A stretch of DNA of 64,000 bases from IMG/VR virus record IMGVR_UViG_3300045988_159115. One strand, 5' to 3'. Origin of the DNA: a virus. Of the stretch, positions 1 to 9,800 are shown piece after piece (the stretch's first letter is position 1; each line of letters opens with the position of its first letter). Made by a program: the position numbers and the translations under genes. The notes beneath the pieces were generated by a model. That model was not told the origin of the DNA, made no database searches, and worked only from the letters and a program-made list of their open reading frames with translations.

Positions 1-164
1 GCGAGAAAGAGGAGGCTGCTGAAAAGAAACACAAGAAGAAGGAAAAGAAAAAGGCTAAGAAAGAAAAGAAAGCTCGTGAAGCCATGGACAACATCACGAA
101 AGATGATGACTTCGATACTGCGAAAGAGTATCAGAAGTACATGGAAGACTTTACGAGCTTTTGA
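1..164 (+). CDS. 3' end of a CDS entering from upstream; Lys/Glu-rich C-terminus, function unknown
   Basis: Frame 3 is open from the window edge (..EKEEAAEKKHKKKEKKKAKKEKKAREAMDNITKDDDFDTAKEYQKYMEDFTSF) to TGA 162-164. It is absent from the ORF track because it has no start in the window. Confidence 0.4.
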   Translation, partial: EKEEAAEKKHKKKEKKKAKKEKKAREAMDNITKDDDFDTAKEYQKYMEDFTSF

Positions 165-178
165 TGGGAGGACAAAAG

Positions 179-1084
179 ATGGTATCCAATGTGGAACTTC
201 AGGGTACTAAGATGAAGATGCGTTCTCGCATTCTTCAGTATTTCCCTGTGGAACTCCTGATGAAACTTCGTCAGGTAAGTGATGCTCATGGAGTGAGTAA
301 TAATGAGAAAACTCCGAAGATCATTGAGCTTCTCAATGAGTATCACGTTCCGTTCGATCGCCTTGGTAATGGCACAAATCGTTATGGCATTTTGATTGAT
401 GGATATGCCGTAAAGATTGCGCTGGATAGTGCAGGCCGAATGGACAATCGTCGTGAGTTTAAGTATGCTCACAATCTGTATCCGTATGTCGTCAAAGTCT
501 ATGAGTGCTCGGAGGATGGACTCATTGCATTCTTTGAGTATGTGACGATCTTTTCCATGGCAGACTATATGGCATGTCAGGATCAGATGAGAGACATTCT
601 GAGAGAAATCAGTCAGAACTATCTGGTTGGCGATATCGGCGTTTCGTCCAATAACTACGTGAACTGGGGAACGAGAGAAAACGGCGAAATCGTGATTCTC
701 GATTTCGCATATATCTATTCCTTGTCTTATCGTGGTTTTGAATGTACGAAGTGTGACGAGCATGCTCAACTTCAATTTGATCCGGACTACAATAACCTGA
801 TTTGCCCATTCTGTAAAGAGAAGTATAGCTTTTCTGCGATCCGGAGAAGAATTTCGAAGGAAGACGAGCAGAATGAGATCGGCAATATCATGGAAGCTGA
901 AGGCGCTTATAAGCTGACTGCTCCGACTCAATTCGTTGAGATTGGTGAGAAGAAAGCGATGAAGTATCGTGGCAAGTCCAAGAAAGAGACGCTGGAAAAA
1001 GATTGCTCTGGTCCGAAACTGAAGAAAGATATGACCTCGGAAGAAGCCAAGACATATCTGGATCAGTTGATCGCTATGGCATAA
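179..1084 (+). CDS. protein-kinase-like protein with C-terminal zinc ribbon
   Basis: Track ORF 161-1084; the GGGAGGA SD favours ATG 179. Kinase-like motifs: G-loop-like LGNGTNRYG, AVKIA (VAIK-like), catalytic-loop-like VGDIGVSSNNYVNWG, ILDFAY (DFG-like). C-terminal CTKCDEH...CPFCKEK. Terminator 1087-1133 follows. Confidence 0.6.
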   Translation: MVSNVELQGTKMKMRSRILQYFPVELLMKLRQVSDAHGVSNNEKTPKIIELLNEYHVPFDRLGNGTNRYGILIDGYAVKIALDSAGRMDNRREFKYAHNLYPYVVKVYECSEDGLIAFFEYVTIFSMADYMACQDQMRDILREISQNYLVGDIGVSSNNYVNWGTRENGEIVILDFAYIYSLSYRGFECTKCDEHAQLQFDPDYNNLICPFCKEKYSFSAIRRRISKEDEQNEIGNIMEAEGAYKLTAPTQFVEIGEKKAMKYRGKSKKETLEKDCSGPKLKKDMTSEEAKTYLDQLIAMA

Positions 1085-1086
1085 TT

Positions 1087-1133
1087 AGAAACAGCACTAA
1101 CTCCCGGCTAGAAAGTTAGTGCTGTTTCTTTTT
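1087..1133 (+). terminator. intrinsic terminator
   Basis: AGAAACAGCACTAAC / GTTAGTGCTGTTTCT stem followed by TTTT. Confidence 0.8.
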
Positions 1134-1199
1134 GTCATTTATATGTAATATACTAGAGAGGTAAAAACTCTTAAAATAATTAAAGGAGTGAAATCGAAA

Positions 1200-3482
1200 A
1201 TGTCTAAAAAGAAAAATGGGTTTGTAGATTTTGCAAACCAAGTTCGTCCGGTATTTATCAATCCGGATCCCTCTGTGAAAGAGGACATTCATTATCTGGG
1301 CTATACTCTGAAAGCCCAGCGTCGGTCTCGTGATGAGCAGGCTGCCTTGACGCTCGATGCGTTGATTGCTCTCGATGATATGGCAACCGAAATTGAAAAG
1401 AAGACCGGTAAGCCTGTTGACATGAACAAGGTTCGTGCAGAGGCTAAGAAAGAGAAATGCAAGAAAGGAGATACTGTCGTTGTCAAGGGTAAGCATGTTC
1501 CGACGAAGATTACGACAGAGGATCTCCTGAATCAGCTTCCTGTATGTTATCCGATTTTGAATGATTCTGAAGATGAGGAGGAAGAGTCTTCTGATGTGTC
1601 TGATAACGATCTGATTCTGAGTCAGATGACGGAAGAAGAGGAACCTGAGGAGAAGGACAACGGAAAGTTCGTTGGTGTCTTCAAGTATGCTCAGGCAAAT
1701 GACTCTGACGATTCTGATGAGGATGATGAGGATGACGACGAATCAGAAGAGGACGATGACGAAGAGGAAGAAGATTCTACCGATGAGTCTGACGAAGGTG
1801 ATGATTCTGAGGAAGAATCCGATGTCCATATCGACCCGGGTAAGTTCGGCGAGCCGGATGATGCTGATGATGAGGACTTCGAGAAATGGATGAAGAGTCT
1901 TTCGTCCAATCTGGGCTTTGAGTATAATCCGGAGGATTCTTTCTTGAAGAAAGGTAACAACGGAGTCCCTGAGTCTTTGGAATTGACTCCTCCTGTTCCG
2001 AAAGTCGATGATGATGAGGATGACGAAGAGAGTGAACCTCCGAAGAAGGTTGATTTGGAAGAGGCATCTAAGCACGATGATTATCTGAAGAAGATTCTCG
2101 ATGCTGCTCGGAATGATTCTGGATTTGGTCAGAATGATGTTGTCAAGCAGGAGAAGCCGAAAGAGCCTGAGACAATTCCTCCGGAGGTTTTGGAACAGGC
2201 GAAGGCAAAGGAACCTGTGCCTCTTGTGTTTGAAGAGATCAAAGCTCCGATGCCCCATGACGTTCAGTTTGTGTCTCACGATATTAAGTATACGATTCCG
2301 ATCGAGAGTCAGTTCAATTCTCTCCATATCTTCTTCAAAGACAATCCGGTTTCTCAGCAGCTGTTTGATAATGTCGTCAAGATTGGTGATGGTGTCAATG
2401 CTCTGTGCATCAATCTGGATTATCTCAAGGTGAATCCGAATGCGAACACGATCGTTGGGCACAAGGATACCATCGAAGCATTCGATTGGTTCATGAATTC
2501 CGCAATTCATTTCCGTCCGAGTTTCGTTATGTCTCGTGATGAGTTCGCAGCATCCATGGCAACGATTACTGAGTTCAATGATACTCAGTATAAGTTCTTC
2601 CCGGTTGGTACGAATTATGTTGCGGGATATTATGCGGACAATGAGAGCTTTGACAACTTTGCCATTGCTTTCAATTATCTTGCAGAGCACGGTATCTGTG
2701 AGACGTTCTTCAAGAAGTATCTTGAGACGGTTATGGCAGAGTCCAGTTTCAGCTTTACGAATGCAACGATGCCTCAGGTTGCAGCGATTTGCAAGTCTGA
2801 AGACAATGCTCGGGCAATGAAGGCATTCTTCCATAAGTTCTATTTGGATCCGGATACTGAGATGACTGCTGGGAATACTCCTGCGAACAAAGACATCTCT
2901 GAGTATCTCGTTGATACCAAGTGGAACGATCCTGAGTTCATTGGTTCCATCTTCCAGTTGATCATGGATGCCAATGAGCCTGAGGATGATGATCCGATCG
3001 AAGGCGTTGACGAAGAAACCGATGCAGAAGCAGCACGTTTGAATGCAATCTATGATGAGCAGAAAAAGCGTGTTGAGTCTGGAGAAGGGATTGATCCGTC
3101 CGTTGCGATGGCCACTGGAATGCCTCTGACTCCGGATATGATTGCAACCGATGAAGAGATTGCAGAAGCGACTGGAGTCTCTGATGCGTCTGAAAAGAAG
3201 CGTGAACTTCTGACGGATGTTGCTGAAATTCTCGCGCCTATTAATGATCCGGCAAAGCTTGATCAGATCATTGCGCGTTATAAGCAGATTGGTGATCCGA
3301 ATTACAAAAAGGAAGAACCGAAGCAGGATTCGTCTGACGATGATGACGAAGACGATGATGCTTTCGATGAGGATGACTTCTTCCCGGATCGTCGGAAGGA
3401 AGAGAAGCGTGCAGCAACCATTATGCGTACTCCTCAGAAAGACGACGATGAGGACGAGAACTTCGTCATTACTCGTCGTTGA
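1200..3482 (+). CDS. large acidic protein with long Asp/Glu low-complexity tracts, function unknown
   Basis: Track ORF 1188-3482; AAAGGAG SD and ATG 1200. D/E runs lie at roughly aa 120-290 and again at the C-terminus. The middle part (about aa 340-600) looks globular. Confidence 0.75.
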   Translation: MSKKKNGFVDFANQVRPVFINPDPSVKEDIHYLGYTLKAQRRSRDEQAALTLDALIALDDMATEIEKKTGKPVDMNKVRAEAKKEKCKKGDTVVVKGKHVPTKITTEDLLNQLPVCYPILNDSEDEEEESSDVSDNDLILSQMTEEEEPEEKDNGKFVGVFKYAQANDSDDSDEDDEDDDESEEDDDEEEEDSTDESDEGDDSEEESDVHIDPGKFGEPDDADDEDFEKWMKSLSSNLGFEYNPEDSFLKKGNNGVPESLELTPPVPKVDDDEDDEESEPPKKVDLEEASKHDDYLKKILDAARNDSGFGQNDVVKQEKPKEPETIPPEVLEQAKAKEPVPLVFEEIKAPMPHDVQFVSHDIKYTIPIESQFNSLHIFFKDNPVSQQLFDNVVKIGDGVNALCINLDYLKVNPNANTIVGHKDTIEAFDWFMNSAIHFRPSFVMSRDEFAASMATITEFNDTQYKFFPVGTNYVAGYYADNESFDNFAIAFNYLAEHGICETFFKKYLETVMAESSFSFTNATMPQVAAICKSEDNARAMKAFFHKFYLDPDTEMTAGNTPANKDISEYLVDTKWNDPEFIGSIFQLIMDANEPEDDDPIEGVDEETDAEAARLNAIYDEQKKRVESGEGIDPSVAMATGMPLTPDMIATDEEIAEATGVSDASEKKRELLTDVAEILAPINDPAKLDQIIARYKQIGDPNYKKEEPKQDSSDDDDEDDDAFDEDDFFPDRRKEEKRAATIMRTPQKDDDEDENFVITRR

Positions 3483-3504
3483 TTCCCAGAAAGGATGAGA
3501 AACG

Positions 3505-4191
3505 TTGATATACTTTATGAGTGGTAAAACGCTCATCACAAAGTATGTCGTAGAAGAAAAAGCCGAGGATATCTTTGAGACCAATTTCGTGTTGGCATCT
3601 CAAAGAGTCCGTCGTGGGACGATCGCGAATAATAGTAAGTTTAAAGAGCAAATCATAGACGGGTCTATTGGATTCTATCCGGACATGGAAATGATTCTGG
3701 ATTATAAAGACTATAAAGATCCTGAATATGAAAGGAAGTATAAGGAGTCTCTTCATAGAATGCTTCCGACACTTGCTCTTATGATCAAGGCACATTATGA
3801 ATCTGATCTTACGATTGTATTTGTATGCGCCGAGTGCGAGAAGAAGTATCGGCATCTCAAGCTCATTCGTGATTTCGTGAGAGAAGAATTCCTCGGATTT
3901 GAAATCTACGACTATAAGAAGACTGGGCACATGAAAGGAGGTGGTGCTCTTACTCAAAACGACATTGACATCCTGATTCTCTGCGATGATGTAATTAAGG
4001 GTGCCAAGGAAGAGGACAAGATGCGTAGTATGATGACGCGTCGAGGACGTAAAATGTACGTGCAAAGTTGTACCACGAAGCAGTTGAAGAATGAATTGAA
4101 AGCCAGAGATGAGTATTATTCTGATATGAATCACGCAGAAATGGCTAGTAAACTTCTTGAACTGCTTGAGGCACAATACAACAGAAGATAA
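3505..4191 (+). CDS. hypothetical protein
   Basis: Track ORF. The start is uncertain: TTG 3505 after AAAGGA, or ATG 3517. Hairpin terminator 4202-4244 follows. Confidence 0.6.
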   Translation: MIYFMSGKTLITKYVVEEKAEDIFETNFVLASQRVRRGTIANNSKFKEQIIDGSIGFYPDMEMILDYKDYKDPEYERKYKESLHRMLPTLALMIKAHYESDLTIVFVCAECEKKYRHLKLIRDFVREEFLGFEIYDYKKTGHMKGGGALTQNDIDILILCDDVIKGAKEEDKMRSMMTRRGRKMYVQSCTTKQLKNELKARDEYYSDMNHAEMASKLLELLEAQYNRR

Positions 4192-4201
4192 TTTCCCTAG
4201 T

Positions 4202-4244
4202 GAGACAGTTCGGTGGGCGAAAGCCCACTGGCTGTCTCTTTTTT
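4202..4244 (+). terminator. intrinsic terminator
   Basis: GAGACAG..GTGGGCGAAAGCCCAC..CTGTCTC followed by TTTTTT. Confidence 0.8.
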
Positions 4245-4264
4245 GTCTTCTCATAGTGAAATCG

Positions 4265-4276
4265 ACAGGAAATTAA
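4265..4276 (+). promoter_or_regulatory. class B motif ACA-N6-TAA (candidate phage-RNAP promoter)
   Basis: ACAGGAAATTAA; 20 nt upstream of ATG 4297, after terminator 4202-4244. Confidence 0.5.
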
Positions 4277-4296
4277 TCGAAAAGGAGGTTGTGAAA

Positions 4297-5100
4297 ATGG
4301 CAGAAGAATATAGTAAGCTATACCTCAAAGATAATTACCTCAATAAAGGAATTTCCATTTTAACTGGAAAGACGATTATTGAGTATGACTTAAAATCAGC
4401 AAATACTAGCCTGTGCTCTGAATACCATCTTTTACCACAGGATCAGATTGAAAAAATATCGGCTCTACCAAGAAGTAAACGAGTGGTGAAGATTGGTAAG
4501 CTGTGTAGAAAAAATAAAGAGTTTAATGAAGGATTAAAGAAAGCATTCGTTGACATTCGTAGAAGATTCTTTGAAGCAAATAATATCCAAGATGAAGATA
4601 TTCTTGCGATCAAGAAAGATGCAATCTTTTGCCTTCGGAAATGCAAGGTAAATGAATTTGGCCCATGCCTATTCAGACCGAAAAATGTCTATAGCTCTTA
4701 TCTCTATTTACCACCACTGGAGCTCTACTACAAAGGCTCATATTTGCCTAGCAAAGAACTACTTGCCGTGAAGGGAATCTCTGATGAGACTCTACATCTT
4801 CACGAAGATTACATGCTCACATTTTTCAAACAACTTTTCAGACATATTGAGGAAGGAAAACAACACAACATTTTTCGATATCTTTCAGATTTTACGACAG
4901 CGTATAAGCTGAAACAGCTAGAACCTGGGTACTATCGAGAATTCAACCAGAATAGTCTAATGATTGATGAAGGTGGAGAAGTCACGTACGATGATGAGAC
5001 TTTCATACCATATGAAGGATCGGAGAAATCAGCTCATCTAAATATCGACTATAACTTCTCTAAGGTGATAATTCCTCTCCTCAATATTCTGATATACTGA
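4297..5100 (+). CDS. hypothetical protein (AT-rich codon usage)
   Basis: Track ORF 4213-5100 begins inside the upstream terminator. AAAAGGAGG SD plus ATG 4297 (MAEEYSKLYLK) is the credible start. Class B motif at 4265. Confidence 0.7.
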   Translation: MAEEYSKLYLKDNYLNKGISILTGKTIIEYDLKSANTSLCSEYHLLPQDQIEKISALPRSKRVVKIGKLCRKNKEFNEGLKKAFVDIRRRFFEANNIQDEDILAIKKDAIFCLRKCKVNEFGPCLFRPKNVYSSYLYLPPLELYYKGSYLPSKELLAVKGISDETLHLHEDYMLTFFKQLFRHIEEGKQHNIFRYLSDFTTAYKLKQLEPGYYREFNQNSLMIDEGGEVTYDDETFIPYEGSEKSAHLNIDYNFSKVIIPLLNILIY

Positions 5101-5113
5101 GGAGAGGATTGAT

Positions 5114-5530
5114 TTGCTCGAAGTTATTTACAACGAAATGTATGGGGTATGCCAACCGGATGGATTGATTCCTGATTGGATCAGCAATTACTTTTATAAG
5201 AATCACGACGATATCATGTCGGATGGGTTCTGCTGTAAGCTTTATGTCTCACAGTATCAGTTCATTGATGATCTGATTATCTTCCTTAAACTGACAGACT
5301 ATTACACTCCGCATGTGAAATTCTTCTATCATGAGAGGGAATGCTTCAAGGTAAAACAGAAATGGAATACGATTGATTTCCATCCCTATAAATTCCGAGA
5401 AGAACTTGAAAAGGCTAAGTATCGGTACGATATGATGCCGAATAAAATCTCCACGTCTCCTGCTCAGATTGAGAAGAAGTACGTGGAGGAAACTGGCCAT
5501 TACCAGTACGAATTTACTTTGAGTTCTTGA
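5114..5530 (+). CDS. hypothetical protein
   Basis: Track ORF; TTG start 13 nt after the previous stop, GGAGAGG SD. Same AT-rich codon style as 4297-5100. Confidence 0.55.
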   Translation: MLEVIYNEMYGVCQPDGLIPDWISNYFYKNHDDIMSDGFCCKLYVSQYQFIDDLIIFLKLTDYYTPHVKFFYHERECFKVKQKWNTIDFHPYKFREELEKAKYRYDMMPNKISTSPAQIEKKYVEETGHYQYEFTLSS

Positions 5531-5543
5531 CATGTATGATGGA

Positions 5544-6023
5544 TTATGCTTGCTCTTTCTGAGTCAGCTGATCCATCATATTTTTGTCCACATATGTGAG
5601 GACAGCAACGAAAGTTCTCTTTGTGATGCAACGCATCAGATATTCTTTCGTCATGACAAGATTCTTATCACTGAAGATTTCAGGCTTGATTGAATTAAAT
5701 ACTGCCTTAGAAATTTCTTCAATGTCTTTATCAATATCCATATTTTTTCCTTTTTTATCGAGGAAAATTTCATAGCGTTTATTATTCACAAGCTCGAGAG
5801 TTACTGTATCATCTATGAGAGTCAGTAACTCTCGAGTACATTTGATTCTTTGATCAATTTCCAAAGTAGGAGTGGAATCCTGAATCCGATTGATAAGATT
5901 CTGAGTTTCTGTAAGAACCTTATTGATTTTATAATTATATAGGACATAGACAATGCGTGATGCGACAGCTGCACCGATAATAAATGCAACTATCACAATC
6001 GCAATTACGAGAGATGTAGACAT
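5544..6023 (-). CDS. N-terminally membrane-anchored protein, function unknown
   Basis: Track ORF. One hydrophobic helix, MSTSLVIAIVIVAFIIGAAVASRIVYVLY. The start abuts the stop of 6025-6699, consistent with an operon. Confidence 0.65.
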   Translation of the reverse strand: MSTSLVIAIVIVAFIIGAAVASRIVYVLYNYKINKVLTETQNLINRIQDSTPTLEIDQRIKCTRELLTLIDDTVTLELVNNKRYEIFLDKKGKNMDIDKDIEEISKAVFNSIKPEIFSDKNLVMTKEYLMRCITKRTFVAVLTYVDKNMMDQLTQKEQA

Positions 6024-6024
6024 A

Positions 6025-6699
6025 TTAGTCTCCTTTCTTAGCGGCTAGTTTAACTACCGTGTCGTTTAGCTGGAGAATGCCAAAGTCGTTACTATCATAC
6101 ATCATAGAACGGTCGATGTACTTATTGAGTTTTTCTTTGAGGCGATCACTCATTGCAATACCATATTTCTCAATGAATGCATTTAGATCACCCCATGCCT
6201 GATTGTAGTTGATGAAGATATTTCTGTTATGAACTTCCTCATGAACTGTAGCAAGAAGCATCACAACCTGAATATGGTTTAACTGATGCTCATTCATTAC
6301 TTCATCAGCAATTCTAAAGGTGCTGATCTTTTTATTATTGAGGATGAACCATTCTGTCATAATCTCACAATAATCAAAGAGTGTGAAGATTGGACCATGG
6401 TGCATCTCAATTTCAATCTTTCCCTCTACATCAGGCTCTACATCAGGAAGAACTTGGCAATGATCCAGACCAATGACATTCTTTAAGTAGTAAATGTATT
6501 TTGAGTAACGATCATTCGTTCTCACCATACGTTCACAGCCTTTGATGAAATTCGTATAGGAATCAATATTTGAGAAGTATTCAACTCCTTTATACAGAGG
6601 AATCTGATACATACTTTCGCCAGCATTGACGAACGGAATTACTTTTCCGGATTCATTTTTTTCTTGGTTATATTCGATACCAGGGAGATTTCTTGGCAT
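6025..6699 (-). CDS. hypothetical protein
   Basis: Track ORF; GAGAGGAGAAA SD; class B motif 28 nt upstream (6728-6739). Confidence 0.7.
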   Translation of the reverse strand: MPRNLPGIEYNQEKNESGKVIPFVNAGESMYQIPLYKGVEYFSNIDSYTNFIKGCERMVRTNDRYSKYIYYLKNVIGLDHCQVLPDVEPDVEGKIEIEMHHGPIFTLFDYCEIMTEWFILNNKKISTFRIADEVMNEHQLNHIQVVMLLATVHEEVHNRNIFINYNQAWGDLNAFIEKYGIAMSDRLKEKLNKYIDRSMMYDSNDFGILQLNDTVVKLAAKKGD

Positions 6700-6727
6700 A
6701 GTAGTTTCTCCTCTCTATTAAAAATCG

Positions 6728-6739
6728 TTAATAGCATGT
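6728..6739 (-). promoter_or_regulatory. class B motif ACA-N6-TAA
   Basis: Reverse complement CTAAAAACATGCTATTAA; 28 nt upstream of minus-strand ATG 6699. Confidence 0.55.
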
Positions 6740-6782
6740 TTTTAGGGCATATTCTTATTGGCCCTAGAATTCTCTAGTGAAG

Positions 6783-6794
6783 ACATTGGTATAA
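6783..6794 (+). promoter_or_regulatory. class B motif ACA-N6-TAA
   Basis: ACATTGGTATAA; 40 nt upstream of ATG 6835. Confidence 0.55.
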
Positions 6795-6834
6795 TCTCTG
6801 AGAATGAAATAATAATGGAGGTGAGTGTGATACA

Positions 6835-9800
6835 ATGGCTGATATTAATATGGTAAGTCAGCTTTCAAAAGACTTTATGACCATCGTACAAGATTCTGTC
6901 ATCAAGTATAAAGTCTTAGCTGACGAATCAGAGACTTTGGAAAGTATGCGGAACGGCGATCTCTACGTAAGAGCAATGCGCAAAGAAGATACTTTTGAAG
7001 GTTACGAAAATTTCACTGAAGAAGAAATTCTCGAAGTTTATGATGCTGCGGGAATTACGATCACACGAGGGGAACTGCTTGATTATGTCTATAATAATCG
7101 GGAGATTCCTGTCATTTATAAATACAAAAATGCTGATGGTACGATCGGTTTCCAGCATGATGTAAGAAAAGATCTCGTCGAGAATCGACGCAAGAAGATT
7201 ATCTCTACCTATGTGGAAGAGAATAACTACTATCGCATGCTGATCGGTCTTCCTGATCGAGATGAAGATCCGGATGAGTATTTTTACGTACCTGCTGACA
7301 TCGCAGAAGAATATAATCTTCCCAGCGATGTCGCTATTCATGAACTGGATATTGGTCAAGTATCAGTGCTTCAAGCAATTGGATACATTGATAAACTGAT
7401 TGCTGAGAATCCTACTAAGAAATATTTGAATTATCTTGGTAGTAAAGCAGTCGACCTTGTGACAGCAAGAAGTGCAAAGGCTTTTGATATTATCCGAGTT
7501 CCGAATATTTCTTCTGCTACGATGTGGAATAGTTTCTCTTTGATCTATTCTCAGTGCAGAGAATATTTTATGGTGACGATTTATGTCCCCGAGCATCGCC
7601 AGACGATTGGGTATTATGACAATTTCATTGCTCTGTGCATCATGGTGATGACTCTTCAGCAGTTCGTTGCTCGTATTTTGAAGTTCACGATTGAGCGTGA
7701 TTTCTTTGATGAGTATTGTGTGAGATGCCTGTTTAATTGCTATGGCGTTCCGTATGATAGTGCATTGGATAATGATACGAAGCTTCAAATCGTTCAGAAT
7801 CTGAATCTTCTCGTTCAGAATAAGGGTACAACGAAAGTTCTTGTAGACATCGCATCCATCCTTGGATTCGATCGTCTTAAGATCTATAAATACTGCCTGG
7901 TTAAAGATCGGCTGTTTGACGAAAATGGATTGCCTATTGTGGCAACGAAGAAAGATCCTGCTACAGGAAGAGAAGTTCCTGATTATGAGACGATGTATGA
8001 CGTTTATTTCAAGAAGATTGATGTGAGCGCTCATGACTACTATCATGCTCTTCAGAAAGAAGCTATTTCTGAATCGTATAGTAGCGTTACTTCTCCTGAT
8101 CCGTACTGGATTGATGACGATGAGTTAAAGAAATCATTGTATGAGATTGAGTATAACTATGCTGAGACAAAGTACATGGGTGTCTCAATTTCGTATCGAA
8201 TGACTCGACTTTTCTTTGATAACGTCTATGCTCTGAAGATGCTTCTGGATAATCGTTTTAAGGAATACACGATTTTCCTTGATCTTCCGAAAATTCTTAC
8301 CTATCAGAGCATTAGCATCTTCGATGCGATCGTTACTCTTTGTGCTCTTACATGTAAGATGAATAATCTTCGTGGTAACATCTTGTATACCCCTTCTAAG
8401 ATTCTTCATGTGATGGGATTCAACTTCCGTGAGAATTTTGATAAGATTCGTGAGAAGGTTATTCTTGGTTATGAGTATAAAGAGAATCCTAAGGAAGAAG
8501 AGAAGGAAGCGTATGAGAAGAAGCTGAAGTCCAGTCCGTATTATGACAGACTGAATGATGAGCTTGCTAAGTACTTTGAGCGTCCTGAGATGGATGGTCC
8601 GTATACGGCAGAGAATCTGAATATGATGTATTCGGATATTCTTACGATGTACGATTTCCTTCTGAATAAAATGGCTCATGCGGAAACGATTGAAGAATAT
8701 CGTCTGTATAAAGATTTCTATTATGCAGCATATTATGCTGAAGAAACGCAGGATATTTTTGCAATCGGTGACTCGAAGCCGTTTACCGATTGGGATACCA
8801 TCACTCAGAATGATGGATTCACAAAAGGATGGATTCTTGCTCACGTTGATACTACAAAAGATGCAGAGCATTGTCTTGTCCATGATAAGACTACGATTAC
8901 GACATGCAATTATCTGAGCAATCTGTTTAAAGATATCCAGGAAGGCTCTTATGTGGAGTTCCACCCGGCATCTAGCACATGGTCTCAGGTATATGAGTTC
9001 GATGCCAACGATACCTATATCAGAAGTTATAATCCTGCTTATGATTACGATAGCGGAAAGAGCTTTATTAAGTTCCTTCCAATTCGTGGTCATAAATATT
9101 ATATCAGTATGCGCCCATCTGATGCTGCCATTTCAACACGAGACAATCGAGTCATTTTCGATGATGAACTTGCTGGTATGGTAAATGGATGTCGTCTGGA
9201 GTTTGCTCCTAGATATGCATCAACGTTTATGGATTATCTGATGTACCGGAATCCGGCACTTTGGGCATTCGTCGAAAGTACTGACAAAGATCAGGTTCCT
9301 CAGTATGCAAATCATATCATCAATCGTCTTTTGAAGCTGATTCCTTCTTTGAGAACTCTGGGTTCGTCTATTGGATATTCCTCTACGATGGAGGATGTTC
9401 TTCTGAGATTCATCCGGTTCTTCAAATCCTATACAACAGACCTTCTGAATATGGAAGTTATCTATGTCTTGGATATGAAGCCAGAGAGTTTGCTCCGTCT
9501 AATGGATTATGGACGATATATCGTTACATTGTATCCGAAAGATGACCAGTTATTTGGCTATACAGACATGCTGGAAGCTTCTATTACGGAGCATATGGAT
9601 ACGAAGTTGACATTCAGAGATAATGTGAACGTGTCTTCCATTTTGTATCTTTTCTCTGATCTTCGGTTCATTGATGACATCCATCATATCCAAGTAGATA
9701 TCCGAAAGAAAGATGATCTCAAGATCAATGATAGGAATCAGTTTGAACTGATCACAGATTATATCTGGCTTCAGTCGATTCTTCATATTCATGATTGGTT

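Noticed and set aside
1743-3584. 613-aa minus-strand ORF opposite the acidic protein gene.
   Set aside because: It is a shadow of the GAT/GAA/GAG-rich sense frame. Its I/L/R/F-rich composition looks like nonsense, and it runs through a plus-strand gene junction.
4297-5100. Possible missing C-terminal half of the split PolB (IIEYDLKSANTS resembling DxxSLYPS; AIKKDAIF). Also FMDMDTAY in 25505-26404 as a possible motif C.
   Set aside because: Motif A is already present in 60287-62113. Neither candidate has KxxxNSxYG or a true DTDS in the right order and spacing. The resemblance is too weak to claim without a profile search.
6788-6796. TGGTATAAT read as a host sigma-A extended -10 promoter for the 1229-aa gene.
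   Set aside because: The same bases form ACATTGGTATAA (6783-6794), a member of the recurrent ACA-N6-TAA family. There is no -35 element. The family reading explains it better, but a dual reading cannot be excluded.
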